In this document: positions 17,774 through 35,268 of the stretch, one piece after another | How positions within the stretch are numbered: position 1 is the first letter of the stretch | Layout of the letters: the number at the start of each line of letters is the position of its first letter | Origin: Anaerolineales bacterium | Lineage (GTDB): Bacteria; Chloroflexota; Anaerolineae; Anaerolineales; Villigracilaceae | Direction: 5' to 3' | DNA: 64,000 nucleotides | Assembly: GCA_034432975.1 (NCBI GenBank) | Contig: DAOUAZ010000190.1 | Location: forward strand, 17,955-81,954 | Notes under the pieces: generated by a model | What the model was told of the DNA's origin: nothing | The model's input: the letters and a program-made list of their open reading frames with translations, nothing else | The model's database searches: none | Program-made: the position numbers and the translations under genes

Positions 17774-19015
17774 GTGAAACGATATTATAAGGATTTCCTG
17801 AACTTGGGCGTTGCCCAAGACGATGCACCGGAAGAGAAGGCCGCCAAACGTTTGTTTGTGCTGGGAACGGCCCCTGGCGGACTCGTGATGGGACTGTTTG
17901 GCCTGCTCTTTCTCCTCCAGGGAGAAACCCAAACTGGATGGCTGCTGCTCGGTTGGTTTTCCTGGCACTTGCTGGCGCTGGCTGGCCTGGGCCGCACGCG
18001 CAAGTTGGGAGAAAACCTGCCCATCGTCCATGCCGCGCTGACGCTCTTGACCGTTTTTGCGCTTGGCTGGCTGCTGGGAGACTACTTGCAAACCGGCCTG
18101 CTTGTCTATGCCCTGACCGCGCCAGCCCTGGTGCAGGCCCTCGCTCCGCGCGCTGCCGGGCGGATGATGTTTTTTTTCACTGCCCTGGCCCTTGCCAGCC
18201 TGGGAGTAACGTACTGGCTGGAAATTCCGCCTGGCCCGACCTCCTGGCTGAACCTGGCCTGGTTTGGCGCAAACCTGCTCGTGACCGGACGCATGGTTTA
18301 CCTGCTCTCGCTCTATTTTGCGGCGCAGCGCAACCGCCTGATGCAGAACTTGAAACAGGAACAGGACAAAACCGAGCGTCTCCTGACCAGCATTTTCCCG
18401 GCCAGGGTGGCTGCCCAGGTCAAAAACTCCCTGTTGGACGAAAGCACCGTTCCGGCGGTCGCCGAGCAATACCACGATGCCAGCGTGCTGTTTGCCGATA
18501 TGGTTGGTTTTACTCCACTCACGAGCCGCCTATCGGCCAGGGAGTTGGTCAGCCTCTTGAACACAATTTTTTCGCAATTCGACCGCCTGGCAGAAAAGCA
18601 TGGCCTCGAAAAAATCAAAACGGTAGGAGACTGTTACATTGTAGCAGCAGGTCTGCCTCATCCACAACCCAAACATGCCCAGGCGCTGGCCGAACTTGCG
18701 CTCGAAATCCAGGCGTTCGTTAAAAACTACCGCCTGACGGAACATAAGGTCAGTTTTCGGATTGGGATTCACACCGGCCCGGTGGTGGCTGGCGTGATTG
18801 GGCAAAAGAAAATCAGTTATGACCTGTGGGGCGATACGGTGAATACTGCCAGCCGCATGGCGAGCAGCGCGCCCGGCGGCGGGATTCAAATTACCTGCCG
18901 AACCCATGAATGCCTGGAAAGTGCGTTCATCTGCGTCCCACGCGGCAAGGTCTTCGTCAAGGGCAAGGGCGAGATGGAAACCTGGCTGCTGACCGGGAAG
19001 ACCTATCATTCGTAA
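17774..19015 (+). CDS. Membrane-anchored class III adenylate/guanylate cyclase
   Basis: About 5 TM segments followed by a CYC domain (ASVLFADMVGFTPL, KTVGDCYIVAAG, YDLWGDTVNTASRM). The start is uncertain. I chose GTG 17774 to avoid overlapping the divergent aminotransferase. Confidence 0.8.
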   Translation: MKRYYKDFLNLGVAQDDAPEEKAAKRLFVLGTAPGGLVMGLFGLLFLLQGETQTGWLLLGWFSWHLLALAGLGRTRKLGENLPIVHAALTLLTVFALGWLLGDYLQTGLLVYALTAPALVQALAPRAAGRMMFFFTALALASLGVTYWLEIPPGPTSWLNLAWFGANLLVTGRMVYLLSLYFAAQRNRLMQNLKQEQDKTERLLTSIFPARVAAQVKNSLLDESTVPAVAEQYHDASVLFADMVGFTPLTSRLSARELVSLLNTIFSQFDRLAEKHGLEKIKTVGDCYIVAAGLPHPQPKHAQALAELALEIQAFVKNYRLTEHKVSFRIGIHTGPVVAGVIGQKKISYDLWGDTVNTASRMASSAPGGGIQITCRTHECLESAFICVPRGKVFVKGKGEMETWLLTGKTYHS

Positions 19016-19016
19016 G

Positions 19017-19050
19017 TCAACCAGGCTGGCGCGTTTGCCAGCCTGGTTGA
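19017..19050. terminator. Bidirectional hairpin between convergent genes
   Basis: tcaaccaggctggc-gcgttt-gccagcctggttga, a perfect 14-bp stem. Confidence 0.7.
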
Positions 19051-19053
19051 TTG

Positions 19054-20331
19054 CTATAGAACCTGTTTCAGGGACTCTTCGAAAATCGTCAGGGCTTCAG
19101 AAACCTGCCCCTCCGTCACATTCAACGGCGGAATCCAGCGCACGGTGCTGTCATACGTACCGCAGGAAAGCAACAACAGGCCCTTGTTTTCAGCCGCTTT
19201 GACAACCTGCTTGACCAGGTCTTTGGCTTTTTTGTATTGCCCATCGACCTCGAACTCGGAGCCAATCATCAACCCCAGGCCGCGCACGTCGCCAATTTGC
19301 GGGTACTCTTCCTGAAGTTTGCGCAGGCCGGTCTGGAGCTGGATGCCGCGCGCTGCCGCGTTTTCGAGCATTTTTTCTTCCTTCATCGCGCGGATGGTTG
19401 CCACGCCCGCTGCCATGGCGACGGCGTTACCGCCATAAGTCCCACCGTGCGAACCGGCCGGCCATTTCTTCATCAGGTCGAGACGGCTAAAGACGCCCGA
19501 AAGCGGCATTCCGCTGGCGATTCCTTTGGCAACGGTCATAATATCGGGGATGATGCCGTAATGGTCTTGCGCGAACCATTTGCCGGTGCGCCCAAAGCCG
19601 CTCTGGACTTCATCGAAAATCAGCAGGATGCCGGCGCGGTCGCAGAGTTCGCGCAGTCCTTTCAGGAAGGAAGCCGGCGGCGGGACGTAGCCGCCCTCGC
19701 CAAGCACAGGTTCAATCAAAATCGCGGCCACATCATGCGGGGCGACCTGGCTGACGAGCAATTCCTCGAGCGATTCGAGAGCATAATCGCTGACTTCGGC
19801 CTCGGTCATGCCCAATTTGTAGGCATACGGATATGGGGCGACATACACCCCCGCGGGAAACAACTGCGAATTGCCCTTGTACCCGGTCTTGGAGGTGGTC
19901 AATATCATCGTCTGCGCGGTGCGACCGTGGAAACTGCCCGTAAAGACGATAACCGCCTGCCGCCCGGTGGCCGCGCGCGCCAGTTTGACTGCGCCCTCGA
20001 CCGCCTCAGCGCCGGAGTTGCTGAAGAAGAATCCGTCCATCGAAGGGTGGACAATCGTGCGCAGTTCCTCGATTAATCGCAGCATCGGCTGGTGGACGAC
20101 GATGTTGGCCTGAGCGTGCAGGAACAAGCCGGCCTGCTCGCGGATGGCCTCGACCACCTTCGGGTGGCAGTGGCCGGTGTTGGTAACGCCGATTCCGCAG
20201 GTGAAATCGAGGTACTTGCGGCCATCGGTGGCGTAGATGTAACTCCCCTCGGCGCGCTCCGCTTCGATGGGGAATATCCGCGACCAGACGGGGGAGATAT
20301 GCGGGAAGTTTTGGTCGTATAACTGTGTCAT
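19054..20331 (-). CDS. Class-III aminotransferase (4-aminobutyrate/omega-amino-acid type)
   Basis: FSNSGAEAVEGAVKLAR, LIFDEVQSGFGRTGK and TVAKGIASGMPL (PLP Lys) motifs. Confidence 0.87.
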   Translation of the reverse strand: MTQLYDQNFPHISPVWSRIFPIEAERAEGSYIYATDGRKYLDFTCGIGVTNTGHCHPKVVEAIREQAGLFLHAQANIVVHQPMLRLIEELRTIVHPSMDGFFFSNSGAEAVEGAVKLARAATGRQAVIVFTGSFHGRTAQTMILTTSKTGYKGNSQLFPAGVYVAPYPYAYKLGMTEAEVSDYALESLEELLVSQVAPHDVAAILIEPVLGEGGYVPPPASFLKGLRELCDRAGILLIFDEVQSGFGRTGKWFAQDHYGIIPDIMTVAKGIASGMPLSGVFSRLDLMKKWPAGSHGGTYGGNAVAMAAGVATIRAMKEEKMLENAAARGIQLQTGLRKLQEEYPQIGDVRGLGLMIGSEFEVDGQYKKAKDLVKQVVKAAENKGLLLLSCGTYDSTVRWIPPLNVTEGQVSEALTIFEESLKQVL

Positions 20332-20457
20332 GTGTCAGGTGCTCCGGTGTCAGGTGTCAGGGTTTGAGGGAATGTTTGAATCCGCCAATCAGGGCCATGA
20401 AATTTATCCCTTGGCAAAATAAGCGTCAGGTGCCAAAATTCCTGACACCTGACACCC
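20332..20457. repeat. GTCAGGTGTCAGG inverted-repeat element, copy 1
   Basis: Left arm gtgtcaggtgctccggtgtcaggtgtcagg (20332-20361). Right arm gtcaggtgccaaaattcctgacacctgacaccc (20425-20457). It fills the gap between the AOR stop and the aminotransferase ATG. Confidence 0.85.
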
Positions 20458-20470
20458 AAAAACTTGACAT

Positions 20471-22405
20471 TCAAAGGAGTTCCCCCGCCCAGGCCAAATC
20501 GAGTTTTTCCAACTGCGCCCTGGTCGGCCTGCCATCCTTCGTCCATCCGGCCAGCTTGTAGTATTCATCCAGCGCAAACTCGACTTCCTCGTGGGTGAGC
20601 GCAATCCCGGCGGTGGGGCCTTCGCCTTGCAGGGCTTTGAAGAACTTCTTGGGCAGCTTGTCCTGTTTACGGTCGAACCCTTCGCGGGCGTTGAAGACGC
20701 GCATCAGGTTCAGGCGGCGCTCGCCAACCCGCACCAGTTCCTCGACGGTCACATCCCAGCCGGTGACGGCATTGACCATTTCGACGGTCTCTTTCGGGCC
20801 GTAGAGCGTCCAGCCCGGCCCCCACACGAACTGACAGAGTTCGACCGAGTCCAGCATCGAATAGAAGGCTTCGCCCAGGTAAGCGAATTTGACCTTCTCC
20901 GCGCCCAGGCTGAGCGGTTCCTGCGGCTCGGTCAGGCCGAGCAGGGCCAGGCGGCTCAAGTACAGGTCAGAAGCAATGCCGGTTTCATACATCCAGTCGT
21001 GTTCGCTCGATTGGTGGTCGGCGCCAAAGGGGTTGACGGCATAAATCAGGGCCAGCGAGCGCTTGGCCTGCGGCATGTGGGCCGGGGCTTCCGCGCCCTT
21101 GACCGTGACGAGGCACTCATCCGCGCCCTTGCCAATCGCTTGCGCGGCGCGCTCCGACCCCTGGCCCAACAGACGGCCAAAGTCACTGCTTCCGGTGACA
21201 ATTTGCTCCAGGGTTTCGAGCATCGCGTCAGCGTCGCCGAATTTCAGTTCGATTCCGCCGGTATCGTCTTTGGTGAGAATGCCTTTTTCGTAGCATTCCA
21301 TCGCCCAGGCAATCGTCGCGCCGCAGGCAATCGTATCCACGCCGTACTCGTTGCAGACCTGGTTGGCGCGCGAGATGGCGGCCAAATCTTTCACGCCGCA
21401 GTACGAGCCGAATGTGCCGATGGTCTCGTATTCCGGACCGCCGTATTTTTCATCGACCGGGTATCTGCCTTCCAGTTCGACCACGCGCTTGCAGCGCACC
21501 ACGCAGGCGTAGCAGGTATCGCGGCCCTGCTTGTCCTGTTTGCCTTCCGCCGCGCCCTTCAGGTAGACATCATACAGCCGTTCGCCGCTGATTTCCTCGG
21601 CCAGTTCGAACGCGCCTTCGTTGTAGTTGCGGGTCGGGAGCGTGCCCATCGAATGCTGCGGCATGACCACGCTGGCCGTGCCATATTTTCCCAGCCCGGC
21701 CATATCAGCATTGTCGGGCATCCATTTCGGCCCCAAGCGGTGGATGGCCGCCAGCGCCTTCTGGTCGGCGACGGTCGGTTTTTGCGCGCCGCGCGCGGCC
21801 ACCGCCCGCAGGTTCTTGGACGCCATTACCAGGCCCATGCCGGTGCGTCCGTTGTTGCGGTTCGACATGCTGACCGCGCTGGAGAAAAGGACGCCTTTTT
21901 CAGCCGCCGGGCCGTGTTGCAGGACTTCGATTTTTTCGCCGCCCAATTCCTGTTTCAGCGCCGATTCGGCCTCGCCGGTCACTTTGCCGGAAAGATGAGA
22001 AGCATCTCTCAACTCTGCCACGCCGTCCTTAATCCACAGGTAAACCGGCTTCGGGGATTTTCCCTTGACGACGATGCCGTCGAACCCGGCGAATTTCATC
22101 TCCGCCGGGAAGAAGCCGCCGCCCTGCGAATCGCCAATCGCGCCGCTGATGGGTGATTTCGCGTTGATATTGACCCGGCTCTGCCCGCTGACGCTGGCCC
22201 CGGTGGTGACGCCGGTGAAAATGGTCAACACATTTTCGGGGCCGAGCGGGTCAACCCCGGCGGGCATCCCTTTCAGGAGGTAGTACAGCCCCATCGCCGA
22301 GCCGCCCATATAGGTACGATAGAACGATTCAGGGGGCGTTTCCACCGTCAGCGTACCGGCGGTCAAATCAACGTGCAGTATCTTTCCGTTGTAACCGTGT
22401 GGCAT
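20471..22405 (-). CDS. Aldehyde:ferredoxin oxidoreductase (tungstopterin AOR family)
   Basis: GYNGKILHVDLT N-terminus and a CYACVVRCKR [4Fe-4S]-binding region. Length and overall pattern fit the AOR family. Start set to ATG 22405 behind an AAGGAGAA RBS. Confidence 0.9.
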   Translation of the reverse strand: MPHGYNGKILHVDLTAGTLTVETPPESFYRTYMGGSAMGLYYLLKGMPAGVDPLGPENVLTIFTGVTTGASVSGQSRVNINAKSPISGAIGDSQGGGFFPAEMKFAGFDGIVVKGKSPKPVYLWIKDGVAELRDASHLSGKVTGEAESALKQELGGEKIEVLQHGPAAEKGVLFSSAVSMSNRNNGRTGMGLVMASKNLRAVAARGAQKPTVADQKALAAIHRLGPKWMPDNADMAGLGKYGTASVVMPQHSMGTLPTRNYNEGAFELAEEISGERLYDVYLKGAAEGKQDKQGRDTCYACVVRCKRVVELEGRYPVDEKYGGPEYETIGTFGSYCGVKDLAAISRANQVCNEYGVDTIACGATIAWAMECYEKGILTKDDTGGIELKFGDADAMLETLEQIVTGSSDFGRLLGQGSERAAQAIGKGADECLVTVKGAEAPAHMPQAKRSLALIYAVNPFGADHQSSEHDWMYETGIASDLYLSRLALLGLTEPQEPLSLGAEKVKFAYLGEAFYSMLDSVELCQFVWGPGWTLYGPKETVEMVNAVTGWDVTVEELVRVGERRLNLMRVFNAREGFDRKQDKLPKKFFKALQGEGPTAGIALTHEEVEFALDEYYKLAGWTKDGRPTRAQLEKLDLAWAGELL

Positions 22406-22640
22406 GGGGATTCTCCTTATGTAGTTCTTGTCCCGCATCCTAGGCAGGATGCTGCGGGGTGGCTGCGGAATGAATTACGCGTTACGCCTCTATTATACGT
22501 TCGAGCGGGTTGCCAGGCAAATCGATTTTTCCGAAAACAACATCGAACTTGATAATAATGCACTTTTTCGACAAAAATTCTGCATCCTTGCGCGGATAAA
22601 GATAGAAGGCAGGCAAGGCCAGAGTCAAAAAAATTGGTGC

Positions 22641-22669
22641 TTGCATCTCCCCCGCGCTTGCGGTATAAT
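22641..22669 (+). promoter_or_regulatory. Candidate rpoC promoter
   Basis: TTGCAT (22641-22646), 17-nt spacer, TATAAT (22664-22669). This leaves a leader of about 150 nt containing a stem (gcgagcgcttgagac...gtctctcgcgcttgc) before the AGGAGG-GTG start. Confidence 0.6.
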
Positions 22670-22824
22670 CCTCCGATTGATGTCCAATTGTTAAAACTTC
22701 AGCCCTGTATGCGAGCGCTTGAGACGAGGAAAGTCTCTCGCGCTTGCCTTTCTTTGTCTCAGGGAACGCTCCTGGGCGCGGACATTGGGGCATAGAACCG
22801 GATTTTTTATTCTAGGAGGACTCC

Positions 22825-27063
<4,239 letters not shown>

Positions 27064-27071
27064 ACTGGCAG

Positions 27072-27112
27072 CAATCAAAAAGGCGGCTCGATATGAGCCG
27101 CCTTTTTGATTG
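27072..27112 (+). terminator. Intrinsic terminator after rpoC
   Basis: caatcaaaaaggcggctc-gatat-gagccgcctttttgattg, a perfect 18-bp stem with a U-tract in the descending arm. Confidence 0.8.
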
Positions 27113-27195
27113 CGATTGGGTTTAATATCATTGCAGGCTTGCATCTTTGGACGTTTTTCGGTATTGTTATAGCGAATTAATATCCGGGAGAAAAC

Positions 27196-28050
27196 ATGAA
27201 AACTACACCGCTTCGCATGGTTGGTCTGATATCCATTTTCATCCTGTTCGCGCAAAGCTGCAATTTACCGGGCGGCGCGCCAACTGAGCAGCCCGCAACC
27301 TCAACCCAAGAAATCGTGGCCGCTGCGACTTCGACGCCGCTCCCGCCAACAGAGACGCCCCCGCCGCCAGCCGAAACACTCATGCCAACGCCCGCCGCCA
27401 CCGAAACGCCCGCCCCTGAACCGTCTGCCACGCCAACCGAAGTCCCGCCGGTTGCCGAGGTGGCGCGGGAATCGAACTGCCGCATCGGCCCGGCCGGCGG
27501 GTATGACCTGGTTGCCACCTACCAGGCCGGAAAAATCCTGAACATCATCGCCCGCGACCTGGGCGGAGGCTTTGTCTTCGTCCAAAACCCGGACCGACCC
27601 GAAGAGCAGTGTTATATCCTGGAGAACAATATCAAAATCAGCGGCGGGATTGCCGCCCTGCCGCAAATCACTCCCCCGCCCTCGCCGACCGCCGCGCCCA
27701 ATTTCACGGTGGAATTCCGAAAATTTGACACCTGCAAAGACCGGTATTTCGCCGATTTCATCGTTGTCAACACAGGCAGCGTCCAATTCCGCTCAGCTTA
27801 CGTCAAAGTAACCGACCAGAGGCAGAACAAATTTGTCGAAAAATCCATGCTGGCCTTTGACTTGATGGAACAGTGCATCGTTGCCCGCAACATCTCCCCG
27901 CTCCTGCCGGGCGGCACCGGTTATGTGCAAAGCGATTACTACAAATGGGACCCGCGCCCCAACAAACAAACGGCCATCATCATGCTCTGCACCGAACAGG
28001 GCTTGAAAGGCGCTTGTGTGACCAAAGTATTGGAATTCAGGAACAGGTAG
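27196..28050 (+). CDS. Secreted/lipid-anchored hypothetical protein with Pro/Thr linker and SH3b-like segment
   Basis: Signal peptide MKTTPLRMVGLISIFILFAQSC and a PTETPPPPAETLMPTPAATETPAPEPSATPTEVPP linker. NCRIGPAGGYDLVATYQAGKILNIIARD resembles bacterial SH3. Confidence 0.65.
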   Translation: MKTTPLRMVGLISIFILFAQSCNLPGGAPTEQPATSTQEIVAAATSTPLPPTETPPPPAETLMPTPAATETPAPEPSATPTEVPPVAEVARESNCRIGPAGGYDLVATYQAGKILNIIARDLGGGFVFVQNPDRPEEQCYILENNIKISGGIAALPQITPPPSPTAAPNFTVEFRKFDTCKDRYFADFIVVNTGSVQFRSAYVKVTDQRQNKFVEKSMLAFDLMEQCIVARNISPLLPGGTGYVQSDYYKWDPRPNKQTAIIMLCTEQGLKGACVTKVLEFRNR

Positions 28051-28066
28051 CCTCAAATATACCTAC

Positions 28067-28107
28067 TCTTTCCTCTTTCGTCTCGTGAAAAGATGAAAGA
28101 GGAAAGA
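28067..28107. repeat. Perfect 13-bp-stem hairpin (possible terminator and left edge of the R-M island)
   Basis: tctttcctctttc-N15-gaaagaggaaaga. The loop shares gtgaaaagatgaaaga with the hemW AT-rich insert. Confidence 0.6.
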
Positions 28108-28183
28108 TGTCTTTAAGCAGGCTTGACGCTTTGAGTCTTTCAACTTAAGATTGGCACATCTTTATAGAACAGTTGGTCGTAAA

Positions 28184-29509
28184 ATGCAAATCTCTTTTCG
28201 TCAAAATGAAATAGAACTCAAACCATCGCTTTATCGTGACCGTCTTTCTCAATTATTGCAGAGCGATTTGGATTTCCGTGGGAAAAGCAGCACCTATTCA
28301 TCCCACGCCATTCATGCTTTCCCTGCAAAATTCCCGCCTCAAATTCCACGCACATTCATTGAAAATCTCACTGCGCCAGGTGAAATTGTCCTCGATCCGA
28401 TGATGGGGTCTGGCACCACTTTGTTAGAAGCCGCCATACTTAATCGCCGCGCCGTTGGCATTGACATTGACCCATTGGCATTAAGAATTAGCCATACAAA
28501 ATTAAATCCTAACCAAGTGGATATTTTGAAAGAGGCAGGCGAGCAGGTGGCTGCTAACGCACAAAGCCAGTTGCAAGAAAACCCGGCAGGCTTGCTGGAA
28601 AAATTGCATTCCCGGCTCAAAGCAGAAAACCTGGAATTTATCAATTATTGGTTCCTGCCTGCTACACAACTCGAACTGTTGGCTCTCCTGGAAGAAATCG
28701 AATCCATCAAGAATGACGCCATCCGGTCGTTTCTGTTGCTCAATTTTTCGGCAATCATTATCACCAAATCGGGTGGTGTTTCCCTGGCCCTTGACCTTGC
28801 CCACACCCGCCCTCATCGAAATTTGTCCAAGACAATAAAACCCGCTATCCTCGAATTTCGCAAGCGGCTTAAGAAAAACCTGCAAAACATTGCTGACCAC
28901 GATTTCAAATATGTGGACTTTTTGACAGCGGAGGGGAATATCGAAAATTTGCCTCTGTCAGAAAACAGCGTAGACTTGATTGTGACTTCGCCTCCGTATG
29001 CCAGCAACGCAATTGATTACATGCGGGCCCATAAATTCTCGCTCGTATGGATGGGATACCCGATACCAGCCTTGAGCGAACTACGTCAAAAATATATCGG
29101 GGGCGATGCGCTCAGAGGTATCCACCTCCTACCCCTACCAGGTTTTTCCCAGGCTGTCGTCGCGCAGTTGGCGATAGTAGACAACAAGAAAGCCCAAGTA
29201 TTGCATCGCTATTATTCAGAAATGACGCTGGCGCTGGGCGAAATGTATCGCGTCTTGAAACCTGGAAAAGCTGCCGTCGTGGTGGTGGGAAATTCAATTA
29301 TGCGAGGTATCAGCACTGAAACTGACCGTTGTCTTGGAGAAATTGGCAAACAGGCAGGGTTTGACTTGGTGCAAATCGGTGTCCGAAACCTGGACCGCGA
29401 CAAGCGAATGCTGCCAGCACGCAACAACGGCAACCGAGACATCACATCGCAAATTGAAGCCCGAATGCACCAGGAATATGTACTCGGCTTCATAAAACCG
29501 GAGGCATAA
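28184..29509 (+). CDS. Site-specific DNA amino-methyltransferase (N4-C or N6-A; motif I before SPPY motif IV)
   Basis: AdoMet motif I VLDPMMGSGTTLLEA (about aa 75) and catalytic motif IV DLIVTSPPYA (about aa 270). Start trimmed to ATG 28184 (MQISF...). G+C is lower than in the flanks. Confidence 0.85.
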   Translation: MQISFRQNEIELKPSLYRDRLSQLLQSDLDFRGKSSTYSSHAIHAFPAKFPPQIPRTFIENLTAPGEIVLDPMMGSGTTLLEAAILNRRAVGIDIDPLALRISHTKLNPNQVDILKEAGEQVAANAQSQLQENPAGLLEKLHSRLKAENLEFINYWFLPATQLELLALLEEIESIKNDAIRSFLLLNFSAIIITKSGGVSLALDLAHTRPHRNLSKTIKPAILEFRKRLKKNLQNIADHDFKYVDFLTAEGNIENLPLSENSVDLIVTSPPYASNAIDYMRAHKFSLVWMGYPIPALSELRQKYIGGDALRGIHLLPLPGFSQAVVAQLAIVDNKKAQVLHRYYSEMTLALGEMYRVLKPGKAAVVVVGNSIMRGISTETDRCLGEIGKQAGFDLVQIGVRNLDRDKRMLPARNNGNRDITSQIEARMHQEYVLGFIKPEA

Positions 29510-30337
29510 ATGAAAAACTTACGGGCGGAATATCACCGGGCAGTCTGTGAAAAGGTGATGTTCGTTGATGCGCACGGCATTCCCAACAATGCGGACAAAC
29601 ACAGCGACATCAGTTCTGCGTTAGCGCGCGGCATTTTCCAACGGCTCGGCTATCCCTTACGCCCAACCCGACCTCCAGGCCAGACCAGTGGAAACATGTT
29701 CGAGCAAGTCACTGCTGCATATCTCGAAAGGGCTTTCTCATTATTAGGCCATTTGCGCCCTGGAAACTGGATTTTTTCAGTGAACAAACGAGTAGAGGAG
29801 TTCGAGCAATACGAACACCTGGCAGACCTATCCCGTGCGTTATCCACCCTGAAGGAACTCCGAGCCACTCTGGGCGATTACATCATCAAACCCGATATTG
29901 TGATTGGCCGGCAGCCAATTCGTGATGAAAAAATTAACAAGGGAGGCGAAATCCTGAACGGGGAATTCGCGGCCCATACACCGTTAAGGCAATCCAACTC
30001 ATCCAGGCCGATTTTGCACGCCAGTATCTCGTGCAAATGGACCATTCGCAGCGACCGGTCGCAAAATGCGCGTACCGAGGGGTTGAATCTGATTCGCAGC
30101 CGCAAAGGGAACACCCCTCACATCGTCATTGTCACGGCTGAACCCTATCCACAACGAATAGCATCGCTCGCGCTTGGCACGGGGGATATTGACTGTGTCT
30201 ATCACATTGCCCTGCCGGAATTGCAAAGCGCGGCAGTAGATTATCAAAACGAAGCCGTGCTGGAAATGTTGGATATTTTGGTCAGCGGAAAACGGCTGCG
30301 TGACATCAGTGACTTACCTTTTGATTTAGCGATTTAA
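29510..30337 (+). CDS. Type II restriction endonuclease, NgoMIV/Cfr10I/Bse634I-like (CCGG-core family)
   Basis: The ATG abuts the MTase stop. It has a PD motif (IKPDIVIG) and ISCKWTIRSDRSQNARTE. That gives S-x-K, then R-S-D-R four residues after the Lys and a Glu 14 residues after it. As I recall the published structures, this is the spacing of the NgoMIV active site and CCGG-reading RSDR element. Confidence 0.72.
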   Translation: MKNLRAEYHRAVCEKVMFVDAHGIPNNADKHSDISSALARGIFQRLGYPLRPTRPPGQTSGNMFEQVTAAYLERAFSLLGHLRPGNWIFSVNKRVEEFEQYEHLADLSRALSTLKELRATLGDYIIKPDIVIGRQPIRDEKINKGGEILNGEFAAHTPLRQSNSSRPILHASISCKWTIRSDRSQNARTEGLNLIRSRKGNTPHIVIVTAEPYPQRIASLALGTGDIDCVYHIALPELQSAAVDYQNEAVLEMLDILVSGKRLRDISDLPFDLAI

Positions 30338-30397
30338 TTCAATAAACACGGAAGCACAAAAAAACCTTGTGTCCTTCGTGGCAAAAAAGGAACTTTC

Positions 30398-33199
<2,802 letters not shown>

Positions 33200-33204
33200 A
33201 CAGG

Positions 33205-33234
33205 AAGCCCCGTGACGTCAATCTCACGGGGCTT
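33205..33234. terminator. Bidirectional hairpin between gyrA and ettA
   Basis: aagccccgtga-N8-tcacggggctt, extendable by aacagg/cctgtt. Confidence 0.7.
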
Positions 33235-33261
33235 TGCCTGTTCAAATTCCCTGTCTACGTC

Positions 33262-34935
<1,674 letters not shown>

Positions 34936-35268
34936 GGGGGTCTGATGGTAGATCAATCGAGATTCGAGATTGGACGTTTAGGTTGAGCGTATCGAAATTG
35001 GGCGTATTGTATCAGATGGGAGAGAGAGAAAGGGGGAACTGGAAACTTGCCTTATCTTCTTGTCAATCGCCGCTCTGTCTCGGCCATTTATTTTATGAAC
35101 CAAGGTATCTATTCAGCCATAGCGTTGAAAGCCCAACAGTTGGCGGCATAGGCCAGTTTTGGCGAAAAAATGCCACATTTAGGACGGCTACATATGGCTA
35201 GCAATTGTGATTTTGACCTTTCTTGCCACAAGCAGTGGTTTTTGCTCCAATAGGCTGAATAGTTACTT

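Noticed and set aside
28085-28100. A shared 16-mer, gtgaaaagatgaaaga, between the hairpin at 28067-28107 and the hemW insert, considered as proof of a common mobile element. The same question applies to the 12-mer ggtgcaagtgtc shared by 50109-50120 and 56169-56180.
   Set aside because: In 64 kb on both strands, chance 12-mer identities are expected in large numbers, and a single 16-mer match is only borderline. It is mentioned as weak evidence only.
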